From the NCBI GenBank assembly GCA_049518795.1, contig JBEKRK010000001.1, forward strand, positions 654,477 to 718,476: a DNA stretch of 64,000 bases, given 5' to 3'. Source of the DNA: Sedimentisphaerales bacterium. GTDB taxonomy: Bacteria > Planctomycetota > Phycisphaerae > Sedimentisphaerales > UBA12454. The notes below the pieces were generated by a model. The model was not told the origin of the DNA and made no database searches. It was given only the letters and a program-made list of their open reading frames with translations. Every line of letters begins with the position of its first letter. Within the stretch, counting starts at the first letter, position 1. Made by a program: the position numbers and the translations under genes. This document shows positions 49,965 to 57,607 of this stretch, piece after piece.

Positions 49965-50299
49965 CTCCGCCTTCTTCTGTCTTTCTGCTTCCTGATTTTT
50001 GCTATTTTTTTTGCTGCTGGGCTTTCTTTGCCTAATAATTTATTCTCCAGCAGTTCACACATTTGCTTTCTCGCATAATAACGGTTTAGTCCCTGGCTCC
50101 GGCTCTTTTGGACCTTGACTGCCAGCCCGCTGGGAATATGTTTTAAATGGACACAGGTGGAACTTTTATTGACTTTCTGCCCTCCTGCTCCGCTGCTTCG
50201 AACGAATGTTTCCTCGATATCATTCTCGAGCAGATTGCAGTTATGCATACGTTGCTCAAGCTCTTGTCTCTTCCGCTCTGTAATTCCAAAGTTAATCAT
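49937..50299 (-). CDS. RF-1 domain protein (ArfB/peptidyl-tRNA hydrolase-like, GGQ motif)
   Basis: SSGAGGQKVNKSST GGQ loop and a basic C-terminal tail. 120 aa. The last 8 codons and the stop lie inside palindromic hairpin E2. Confidence 0.75.
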   Translation of the reverse strand: MINFGITERKRQELEQRMHNCNLLENDIEETFVRSSGAGGQKVNKSSTCVHLKHIPSGLAVKVQKSRSQGLNRYYARKQMCELLENKLLGKESPAAKKIAKIRKQKDRRRRRSPQFPCRN

Positions 50300-50440
50300 A
50301 TATCTTCCCTATTCAGATTCTACTCCAACATAAATTACCGCCCTTTACTTATTTTATATTTTAAGAGCTTGTCCTGAGCGGCCTGTGGTGAGCATAGTCG
50401 AACAAAGTCGAAGGAGCTGACCCTACTTGATCCTATTTCT

Positions 50441-51481
50441 TCAATAGCCATATCTGTTTTTAATATATGATAGCCAGTCTTTCCACTTGCCGTTGGAGTC
50501 ATTCTCTCTAACCCAGCTTACAAACTGTTGGTGCGAGAAGCTTGCGAACCCAACCTTGCCTTCAAAAATGCTACCCCATCCGATTCTGAAATCATCTATT
50601 CCGGAAGATTTTAAGCAGCTTATAAGGGTTTGGTTGTCTTGGTCATACGCTACACACGATATAACAAATTCATACTTGCCTGACTGAGCAATGCCCTCTG
50701 CCAATGCCTGTTGCCGGAAAAGCTGGTAACCATTCGTAGCAGCCGGACATGTTTTGAGTGTTCGCTTTCCATTCTCAGAGACCTTAATAAAGTCCCAATA
50801 TTTCCTGTTGGTATGATTTCCAGCTTCCCATTTATTCATATAGCATGTGTCTTCTGTATTACCCAAGACCTTTTCAATATCCAGACACCTCTTAATATCC
50901 GGATTGCCATAATCGCTCTTCCGCCCCGAGCAAGGGTAGAATGAATGCTCAGTATATTTATTCTCCGTCAAGACGAGTCCTTTGCCTCCATTAACGACAA
51001 ATGCAACATCAGGCGAGGTCTGGTTTGCCCCTCTTGTCCCCTGTGGCTCCCCAAGGAGTTCAGATGGTTTCAATTTCCCGTCTTCAGCGTATTCCAACTC
51101 GATCCTATCTACAGTTTTGATTTTATTGTTTACAAATTTATTTAGAAATCCAGCCAGCATGTCCTTGTCATCTCGAAAAGAGAAATACAGATTTGCACAG
51201 AGCATCCACGAACTCTTGAGATTATGACAGCCTTTATGTCGCTGGACTCCTTCCTTGTTGAGATATTCAGGAAGAGAATCTTTTATTTCCTCCCACAACC
51301 CGTCCTTCCAGAGATTTTCGGGCAATATCCATGGCCTTTCCACACCGTTTTGTTTACCATGCTCTTGATTACCAATATGCTTTAAACGCCAATCAACCTG
51401 TCGCCTTTGAACATCTGCATCAAAATCTAACATCTTACTCTCCTGATTTTTTGGCCAGCCGGTGTGGGTATTGTTACTCAA
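50441..51481 (-). CDS. hypothetical protein with a PD-(D/E)xK nuclease-like motif
   Basis: SPDVAFVV-x9-LVLTENKYTE fits the PD...(D/E)xK beta-strand pattern. 346 aa and Cys-rich. No other recognisable domain. Confidence 0.45.
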   Translation of the reverse strand: MSNNTHTGWPKNQESKMLDFDADVQRRQVDWRLKHIGNQEHGKQNGVERPWILPENLWKDGLWEEIKDSLPEYLNKEGVQRHKGCHNLKSSWMLCANLYFSFRDDKDMLAGFLNKFVNNKIKTVDRIELEYAEDGKLKPSELLGEPQGTRGANQTSPDVAFVVNGGKGLVLTENKYTEHSFYPCSGRKSDYGNPDIKRCLDIEKVLGNTEDTCYMNKWEAGNHTNRKYWDFIKVSENGKRTLKTCPAATNGYQLFRQQALAEGIAQSGKYEFVISCVAYDQDNQTLISCLKSSGIDDFRIGWGSIFEGKVGFASFSHQQFVSWVRENDSNGKWKDWLSYIKNRYGY

Positions 51482-51496
51482 TATGGTGTCCCCAGA

Positions 51497-51973
51497 TTAT
51501 ACCCGTCTTATTAGATCCTTCATTTCTCTTCTTATCTTATTCAATTTATCTTGAAGTTCGTGATGCTTTTCAAACTTGCCTCTTGTGCCATTACCCTTTG
51601 GTCCGGCTATCCTCAAGATAACAGTTTCTATATCTTTGCTATATCGGTGCTTATCTATTACAAAAAAACTAACCTTATCCCAACGATTTTTGTGCTTATC
51701 CTTTGTATGCCAATCAACTCTACCTAATAAGTTCTGGGCAATACCAACATAATACAATTTTTTGCCTTTGTATAAAGCATAAATTCCGGAGCTATCCCCT
51801 ATTACTTCTTTATATCGTGGTAAAAGGAGCTCAAAACCTTTCCTGTCTTTTTTCTCAAGATACCCTTTTACCAAGGCGCCTTTACAACTCTGCTTGAATA
51901 TTTTTCGCTTTGTTTTCTTTCTTTTAAAACCGCTCATTTTACGCATAATGTTTTTCCTATATTTGCCTAACAT
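51497..51973 (-). CDS. GIY-YIG nuclease family protein with a basic N-terminal extension
   Basis: GIYALYKGKKLYYVGIAQNLLGRV gives GIY-x9-YVG plus the conserved Arg; downstream Glu in DIETVIL. Its stop is 15 nt upstream of the next gene's start. Confidence 0.7.
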   Translation of the reverse strand: MLGKYRKNIMRKMSGFKRKKTKRKIFKQSCKGALVKGYLEKKDRKGFELLLPRYKEVIGDSSGIYALYKGKKLYYVGIAQNLLGRVDWHTKDKHKNRWDKVSFFVIDKHRYSKDIETVILRIAGPKGNGTRGKFEKHHELQDKLNKIRREMKDLIRRV

Positions 51974-52082
51974 TGTTTATATTGATCCGCATAACATCCC
52001 AAATATCATTGCGCCACCTTAATATGGTAAATCAGGGTTTAAATCAATAAATCTGTACTAAAAACTTATCATCCCATGCTGT

Positions 52083-52190
52083 TTATGCGGAGAAACCTTC
52101 TTTCTTCATTCTCTTCGCAAGCCGTTTCTCTTTTAACGTTCTTTGTGCTTTCTTTTTTACATCTCTTTTAGCATCACGACCTTTAGACAT
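52083..52190 (-). CDS. 35-aa highly basic small protein (MSKGRDAKRDVKKKAQRTLKEKRLAKRMKKEGFSA)
   Basis: Not in the ORF track because it is under 60 aa. ATG is preceded by aggaaagga at good SD spacing, and a TTGAGT-N17-TAGAAT promoter lies upstream. Confidence 0.4.
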   Translation of the reverse strand: MSKGRDAKRDVKKKAQRTLKEKRLAKRMKKEGFSA

Positions 52191-52237
52191 ATATTATCCT
52201 TTCCTGTCTACTGAATTCTGTATTCTTTTATATCAAA

Positions 52238-52266
52238 ATTCTATCTCTTTTTCTTTTCAAACTCAA
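52238..52266 (-). promoter_or_regulatory. sigma70 promoter TTGAGT-N17-TAGAAT for the small basic protein / nuclease islet
   Basis: On the minus strand, -35 is at 52261-52266 and -10 at 52238-52243. It shares a 17-nt identical block with the promoter at 56944-56972. Confidence 0.55.
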
Positions 52267-52355
52267 CGATAAAATTTATATTTAGCCGCCGCCATTCAGG
52301 GCGGCGTTACTTCCTTCCTTTTTACTTTCTATATATTGAACGACCAAGGAATTCT

Positions 52356-52475
52356 TTTGCTTTAAGGCGTAATTGCGCAGCGGTAAAAAATTCAATTACA
52401 GACCCGTTGAAGTTTGACTTCAAAAAGGGGCTGTTTGAATTTTACAGTGTTCGCAGAACACCGCCTTAAAGCAAA
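52356..52475. repeat. inverted-repeat cassette F (120 nt, 14 bp perfect arms), intergenic upstream of fhs
   Basis: 52356-52369 tttgctttaaggcg is the exact reverse complement of 52462-52475 cgccttaaagcaaa. It also has internal sub-hairpins taattg/caatta and gaagt/acttc. Confidence 0.85.
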
Positions 52476-52646
52476 TCTTCGTGTTTCTTCGTGGTAAACC
52501 ATAAAACCGTGTAAATCTGTGTTAATCTGTGTCCAAAATAATCTCTCTGTGTTCTCCAGAACTCTGTGGCTAAAAAAAGACCGTGAAAACTTGTCCTCGC
52601 GAAGGCGGGGATCTGCGAGATCTGCGGTTAATCCTCGTTTTTACAT

Positions 52647-52671
52647 CCTTACTTCCTTACCTCCTTTACTT
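52647..52671 (+). repeat. tandem 8-mer array (CCTTACTT CCTTACCT CCTTTACTT)
   Basis: The first 16 nt are identical to 60702-60717. Confidence 0.85.
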
Positions 52672-52691
52672 GTGCCTTGTGCTCTTATTCC

Positions 52692-52719
52692 TATACCCTA
52701 AACCCTATCCCCTATACCC
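52692..52719 (+). repeat. tandem 7-mer array (TATACCC TAAACCC TATCCCC TATACCC)
   Basis: Direct reading of the sequence. Confidence 0.85.
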
Positions 52720-52830
52720 TGCTTTTTAGCACAATAGTTCAAAAAAATGCCTTTTCGTTATAGCTTTTTGGCCGTTTTTGAATGAGAATATGCAACTTAC
52801 CCTATGTTACTGATAATAAGGATTATATAG

Positions 52831-54594
52831 ATGAATCTTGACCCTACAAAACTTAAAGACTGGCAGATTGCCGAAGCTGCCGAGGCGAATGCGATACCCA
52901 TTGTCAAAGTTGCCGCCCAGCTTGGCATCAGGGAAGATGAAGTCATACCTATGGGCAAGCTCTTTGCGAAGATTGACTACAAAAAGGTTCTCGACCGCAT
53001 CGGCTCAAAACAAAAGGCAAAATACATTGATATTACCGCCATAACTCCGACGCCATTAGGCGAAGGAAAAACGACAACCACTATCGGTTTAATTCAGGGT
53101 TTAGCCAAGCTCGGCAAAAAGGTTTCCGGCGCAATACGCCAGCCGAGCGGTGGCCCGACGTTCAACATTAAAGGTTCAGCCGCCGGCGGAGGCCTGGCTC
53201 AGTGTATTCCGTTGGCTCCGCTTTCGATAAGGTTCACAGGCGATATTGATTCGATTACCAACGCCAACAATCTTGCTATGGTTGCCTTGACCAGCAGGCT
53301 TCAGCACGAGAACAATTACGATGATGCCCGGCTTGCAAAAAGCGGATTAAAAAGACTCGACATTGACCCAAAAAGAGTGCAGATGAAATGGGTGATGGAT
53401 TTCTGTGCGCAAAGTTTGCGGAATATAATTATCGGCAAAGGTGACAAGATGGACGGTTTTGAGATGGAATCAGGATTCGCGATATCCGTTTCCAGCGAGG
53501 TAATGGCAATTCTGGCTGTCGCTAAAGATTTAGCCGATTTACGCAAACGGATGTCCAAAATTGTCGTCGCCTACAGTAAAACCGGAAAAGAAATTACCAC
53601 CGCCGACCTCGAAGTCGATGGTGCGATGTCTGCCTGGATGCTCGATGCGCTGAATCCGAATTTGATACAGACTATTGAAGGGCAAGCGGTTTTTGTTCAC
53701 GCCGGGCCGTTTGCGAATATAGCTATCGGCCAAAGCTCAATCATAGCCGATATGCTCGGAACAAGACTTTCTGACTATCATATAACAGAAAGCGGGTTCG
53801 GAGCAGACGTCGGTTTTGAGAAATTCTGGAATTTAAAATGTCGATTGTCGGGAATTATGCCCGCAACAGTTGTAATTGTTGCTACGATTCGGGCATTAAA
53901 AATGCACGGCGGCGGACCTGCTGTCAAGCCCGGCGCGGCACTGAGCGAAGAATATACAAAAGAAAACCTCGGACTGGTCGAAAAAGGATGTGAAAACCTG
54001 CTCGCCCATATCGACATTGTCAAAAAAAGCGGCGTTCGTCCGGTCGTCTGCATAAACAGCTTCTACACCGATTCCAAAGCTGAAATCGAACTTGTAAAAA
54101 AAACAGCCGAGCAGGAGGAAGCTTTATGCGCTGTTTCGCAGCATTGGCTAAAAGGCGGCGACGGAGCAATCGAACTTGCAGAAGCAGTAATATCAGCCTC
54201 AAAAGAAAAACATAATTTCAAATTCCTATACGAACTCGAAACGCCATTAAGAGAGCGAATAGAACTGATAGCTAAAGAAGTTTATGGCGCTGACGGCGTG
54301 GAATATACGCCCGAAGCCCTGGAAAAAGCAAAAACACTCGAAAAAGACAGCGAGGCACAGAAACTGGGAACCTGTATGGTAAAGACCCATCTTTCGCTAT
54401 CACACGACCCGAATATCAAAGGCAGACCAAAAGGCTGGACACTGCCCGTCAGAGATATTATGATTTTCAAGGGCGCCGGCTTCATCGTGCCGGTGGCGGG
54501 CGATATAAAACTTATGCCGGGCACGGCTTCGAACCCGGCGTTTAGAAAAATCGACGTTGACGTTGAAACAGGAAAAGTAAAAGGCTTGTTCTAA
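52831..54594 (+). CDS. fhs: formate--tetrahydrofolate ligase
   Basis: 587 aa with PTPLGEGKTTTTIGL and other FTHFS signatures. Confidence 0.96.
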   Translation: MNLDPTKLKDWQIAEAAEANAIPIVKVAAQLGIREDEVIPMGKLFAKIDYKKVLDRIGSKQKAKYIDITAITPTPLGEGKTTTTIGLIQGLAKLGKKVSGAIRQPSGGPTFNIKGSAAGGGLAQCIPLAPLSIRFTGDIDSITNANNLAMVALTSRLQHENNYDDARLAKSGLKRLDIDPKRVQMKWVMDFCAQSLRNIIIGKGDKMDGFEMESGFAISVSSEVMAILAVAKDLADLRKRMSKIVVAYSKTGKEITTADLEVDGAMSAWMLDALNPNLIQTIEGQAVFVHAGPFANIAIGQSSIIADMLGTRLSDYHITESGFGADVGFEKFWNLKCRLSGIMPATVVIVATIRALKMHGGGPAVKPGAALSEEYTKENLGLVEKGCENLLAHIDIVKKSGVRPVVCINSFYTDSKAEIELVKKTAEQEEALCAVSQHWLKGGDGAIELAEAVISASKEKHNFKFLYELETPLRERIELIAKEVYGADGVEYTPEALEKAKTLEKDSEAQKLGTCMVKTHLSLSHDPNIKGRPKGWTLPVRDIMIFKGAGFIVPVAGDIKLMPGTASNPAFRKIDVDVETGKVKGLF

Positions 54595-54660
54595 CAACAC
54601 TGACTAACACAGACTAAAACACTGACTGACACAGACAGAATAGATTAAATGGAGTATTAA

Positions 54661-55545
54661 ATGGCAGCGAAAATTATTGACGGCAAACAAATCGCGGCGG
54701 ACATCAGGGCTGAATTAAAGGCTGAAGTTGAAAAACTTAAAGCCAAAGGCATAACCCCCGGACTTGGCGTAATCCTTGTCGGAGCAGATGCGGCGAGCAT
54801 CTCTTACGTTACCGCAAAGGAAAAGGCCTGCGCGGAAATTGGCATTTATTCAGATGATAACCGTCTGCCCGCCGAGACGAGCGAAAAGGATTTGCTCGCA
54901 CTTGTCAATACAATGAACAAAGACCAGAAGATTAACGGTATTCTCGTTCAATTGCCTTTGCCTAAACATATCGATGAGCAGAAAGTCCTGCTGGCAATCG
55001 ACCCGGCAAAGGACGTTGACGGCTTTCATCCGGTAAGCGTCGGCAAAATGTGCGTCGGGCAAAAAGCGTTTCTGCCCTGCACGCCGAATGGCGTTGTCCA
55101 ATTATTGCTCCGCAGCGGCGTGAAATTAGACGGCGCGGAAGTCGTGATTGTCGGCAGGAGCAATATCGTCGGTAAGCCGCTTGCGAATATGCTGATTCAA
55201 AAGTCCCCTACCGGCAACGCGACCGTTACTGTATGTCATACGAGAACAAAAGATGTGGCCGCTCATACGAGAAGGGCTGATATAGTTATCGCCGCGGCAG
55301 GCAAGGTAAATACTATAACGGCTGATATGGTCAAGGACGGCGTCGTCGTTATTGATGTCGGCGTGAACAGAGTTGAGGATTCGACAAAGAAAAATGGCTT
55401 TAGATTAGTCGGCGATGTGGATTTTGAAAACGTCAGCAAGAAGGCAAGTTTAATTACCCCCGTCCCCGGCGGCGTCGGGCCAATGACAATTACAATGCTA
55501 CTGTATAACACCGTTGAAAGTGCCAAGGCTGCTAACGACGTTTAA
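54661..55545 (+). CDS. folD: bifunctional methylenetetrahydrofolate dehydrogenase / methenyl-THF cyclohydrolase
   Basis: [30 protein letters not shown], and [10 protein letters not shown] motifs. Confidence 0.95.
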   Translation: MAAKIIDGKQIAADIRAELKAEVEKLKAKGITPGLGVILVGADAASISYVTAKEKACAEIGIYSDDNRLPAETSEKDLLALVNTMNKDQKINGILVQLPLPKHIDEQKVLLAIDPAKDVDGFHPVSVGKMCVGQKAFLPCTPNGVVQLLLRSGVKLDGAEVVIVGRSNIVGKPLANMLIQKSPTGNATVTVCHTRTKDVAAHTRRADIVIAAAGKVNTITADMVKDGVVVIDVGVNRVEDSTKKNGFRLVGDVDFENVSKKASLITPVPGGVGPMTITMLLYNTVESAKAANDV

Positions 55546-55738
55546 CGTTCACCACAGAGACACAGAGGAAAATATAGTTTTTTATTTTTGGCCGCGAAAA
55601 ACACTTGCTTTTCTTTCCAGTTTAACCTAACCGTAAAAAACTCCGCCACGATAAACTAGCGAAAAAAATCCAACATCTCTTTTTTATTCCCTTCTTAATA
55701 TCACTGAACTAAATATCGTCATCGTGGCATAACTTATT

Positions 55739-56482
55739 TCATAAATCTGCTTCATTGTCCGGTAAAGTATGGAGCCATTCAATGTGTTTGCAAATACCGC
55801 CTATGTCTGGGAACATTGTAGCTTCATTGATACCACAGCGATCAAGCTGATAACATATATCATTAAAGGCTGTGGCCAAAATAATCAATTTTGTTAATCG
55901 GTTGCAATACGGCAAATGCTTCTCCATTGTAATGAATCCTTCATCCTCATTATATCCATGCAAAGTAAATATTCCTCGCTGAGCTGTAATCTGAGGAGTA
56001 ACGTGGTTTGGTCTTTGAACATAAACTCCACTCTCGGGAAAGGCTGAACCATCTGGACGCCTAGACGGCCATTTATCTTCTGGAAAGTAAATCCAAACTA
56101 CACCGTCAAGCAATTTATCTTTATCACTTTTGGCAGGGGCTTTTCTAACTGCAAACCATAATGCAGCAAGAGGATTCAGTGACCAGTCAAGAAGCCGGGT
56201 AGCCATACCATTGTGTTGGGCAAAAGCAAGTGCTTCAACGCAAATTTCTTCCCCTTCTTTATGGAATTGAACATGCCCCACATAAGGATGACCAATCCGC
56301 TGCAAATCTACAATCATGTTCCTTTCAGTAGGCCTTAGACGCTGTTTCAGTTTTAATCGGGCAATTTTTGGCAACAAAGGCCAATCTTGTTGCTGTCCCC
56401 TGAACAGAACATTTTCTCCTTTACAATTTTTTTCAATAAACGAAATAAACTCCGTCAAAGTTTCTATTTTTTGTTCTATCAT
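55739..56482 (-). CDS. FRG-domain protein
   Basis: The eponymous LFRGQ motif sits near the N-terminus (ENVLFRGQQQDWPLLPK). 247 aa. Confidence 0.7.
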   Translation of the reverse strand: MIEQKIETLTEFISFIEKNCKGENVLFRGQQQDWPLLPKIARLKLKQRLRPTERNMIVDLQRIGHPYVGHVQFHKEGEEICVEALAFAQHNGMATRLLDWSLNPLAALWFAVRKAPAKSDKDKLLDGVVWIYFPEDKWPSRRPDGSAFPESGVYVQRPNHVTPQITAQRGIFTLHGYNEDEGFITMEKHLPYCNRLTKLIILATAFNDICYQLDRCGINEATMFPDIGGICKHIEWLHTLPDNEADL

Positions 56483-56581
56483 AACTTCCTTTGTCCTACA
56501 TATTATTTTATTGGGTAGATACTATAATTCCATATTTCTTTAGATTTTATAAGTTCATAGCCCTAATTTTTGTTTCAGCAA

Positions 56582-56890
56582 TTATCTTAACCCTCTTCGC
56601 TTTGCTTCATCAAAAAAGCATTGATTACGTTGTTCTTCAGTCATTTTCATATAACAATCAAGATGGTAAAAAAGAAATATTTTCTGAAATTTTAAATCTG
56701 ACATAAACCCAAGCCGGTCTGGTTTGCTACGTTTTTTTTCGACACAAAAAGATGCACTGCGGCAAACGTAACCTCCATTTTCAGGGTAAACTAGTTCTCT
56801 ACAGAAAGGACAAAATTGAGCCTCTTTAAATAACCATTCTTTGTTCCACTCCATCATGCCTCCATTCATATAATCAATAATAGGGGACAT
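56582..56890 (-). CDS. hypothetical small Cys-rich (zinc-ribbon-like) protein
   Basis: CPFC-x13-C-x5-C pattern. A consensus promoter TTGAGT-N17-TATAAT lies upstream. Confidence 0.4.
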   Translation of the reverse strand: MSPIIDYMNGGMMEWNKEWLFKEAQFCPFCRELVYPENGGYVCRSASFCVEKKRSKPDRLGFMSDLKFQKIFLFYHLDCYMKMTEEQRNQCFFDEAKRRGLR

Positions 56891-56943
56891 TTCCTATTTT
56901 TTTATTACAGTCCCATTGTTGCAAATCCTCGCTGCTTTGCGGA

Positions 56944-56972
56944 ATTATATCATTGTTTCTTTTCAAACTCAA
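56944..56972 (-). promoter_or_regulatory. sigma70 promoter TTGAGT-N17-TATAAT for the Zn-ribbon / FRG genes
   Basis: On the minus strand, -35 is at 56967-56972 and -10 at 56944-56949. Confidence 0.6.
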
Positions 56973-57025
56973 CCGAAAATTTGGGAACGGACCCCACCAT
57001 ACGGGGATGGCGGGGCTAACCACTT

Positions 57026-57607
57026 TTAATTGAAATTTAATTTTGCATATTCGCCGAAGAGGTCTTTGGCGGCATCATCGTAGGCCTTTGCGGCGTCGAT
57101 TTCATTTTCAAAAGAGCCAAGGCGAATAACATATCCTCTATATGAAATCATCGCACGATACCTTCCATTTCTCTTTTCACGGTGAACACCTTTATATATC
57201 GAGGAAGTTCCCGACCTTTTACTCATATTATAAGTATTTTGCGCGATTGTAACAATCCGCAGGTTGTCTCTTGTATTATTGAGGCCATCGCCGTCTTTAT
57301 GGTCAACAACGAAACCGGAAGGCGGATTCATAATTACCCGGTGCATCCTGAAATGCTTTTCAGCGCCATTAATGCGCTCAATTCGAATGGCATAAAAAAG
57401 GTCTTCGGTGGAATTTTTCTTCGCACGCCATTTATATTGATTAACATTTTCAAAATCCCGCTGGCTGACTTTGGCAACCATTCCATTTGTCAGATATATT
57501 TTGCGATATGCTGAGCCAGAACATATTTTTCTATATAAAAGCAGCGGAGCAACAAATAAATAATCCAAAAATGCGGGCACAGGAACTGGAAGATAATAGA
57601 TTTTCAT
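57026..57607 (-). CDS. HNH endonuclease fused to an AP2 DNA-binding domain (homing-endonuclease-like)
   Basis: HNH_3 pattern VDHKDGDGLNNTRDNLRIVTIAQN. AP2 pattern YKGVHREKRNGRYRAMISYRGYVIRLGSFENEIDAAKAYDDAA. Confidence 0.8.
   Translation of the reverse strand: MKIYYLPVPVPAFLDYLFVAPLLLYRKICSGSAYRKIYLTNGMVAKVSQRDFENVNQYKWRAKKNSTEDLFYAIRIERINGAEKHFRMHRVIMNPPSGFVVDHKDGDGLNNTRDNLRIVTIAQNTYNMSKRSGTSSIYKGVHREKRNGRYRAMISYRGYVIRLGSFENEIDAAKAYDDAAKDLFGEYAKLNFN

Noticed and set aside
49736-50035. 99-aa plus-strand ORF in the track (MISPHFQWGFSF...)
   Set aside because: It is made entirely of the terminator and palindromic hairpins T1/H2/E1/E2, overlaps the convergent RF-1 domain gene, has no SD and is compositionally odd. 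Most likely a spurious read-through of repeats.
51986-52091. Possible sixth inverted-repeat cassette (106 nt span) between the small basic ORF and the GIY-YIG gene
   Set aside because: The arms are only 9 bp perfect (tccgcataa/ttatgcgga) with a bulge beyond. The span is right, but it is too weak to count with the 14-17 bp cases. Mentioned only as a possible degenerate member.
52540-52830. Possible ZTP or THF riboswitch upstream of fhs-folD
   Set aside because: One-carbon genes are often riboswitch-controlled. However, I could not find the conserved cores as I recall them (pfl/ZTP GGGTCGTGAC...CCGCCTGGGCA or the THF consensus). The region is dominated by word repeats. A covariance-model scan (Rfam/Infernal) would be decisive.
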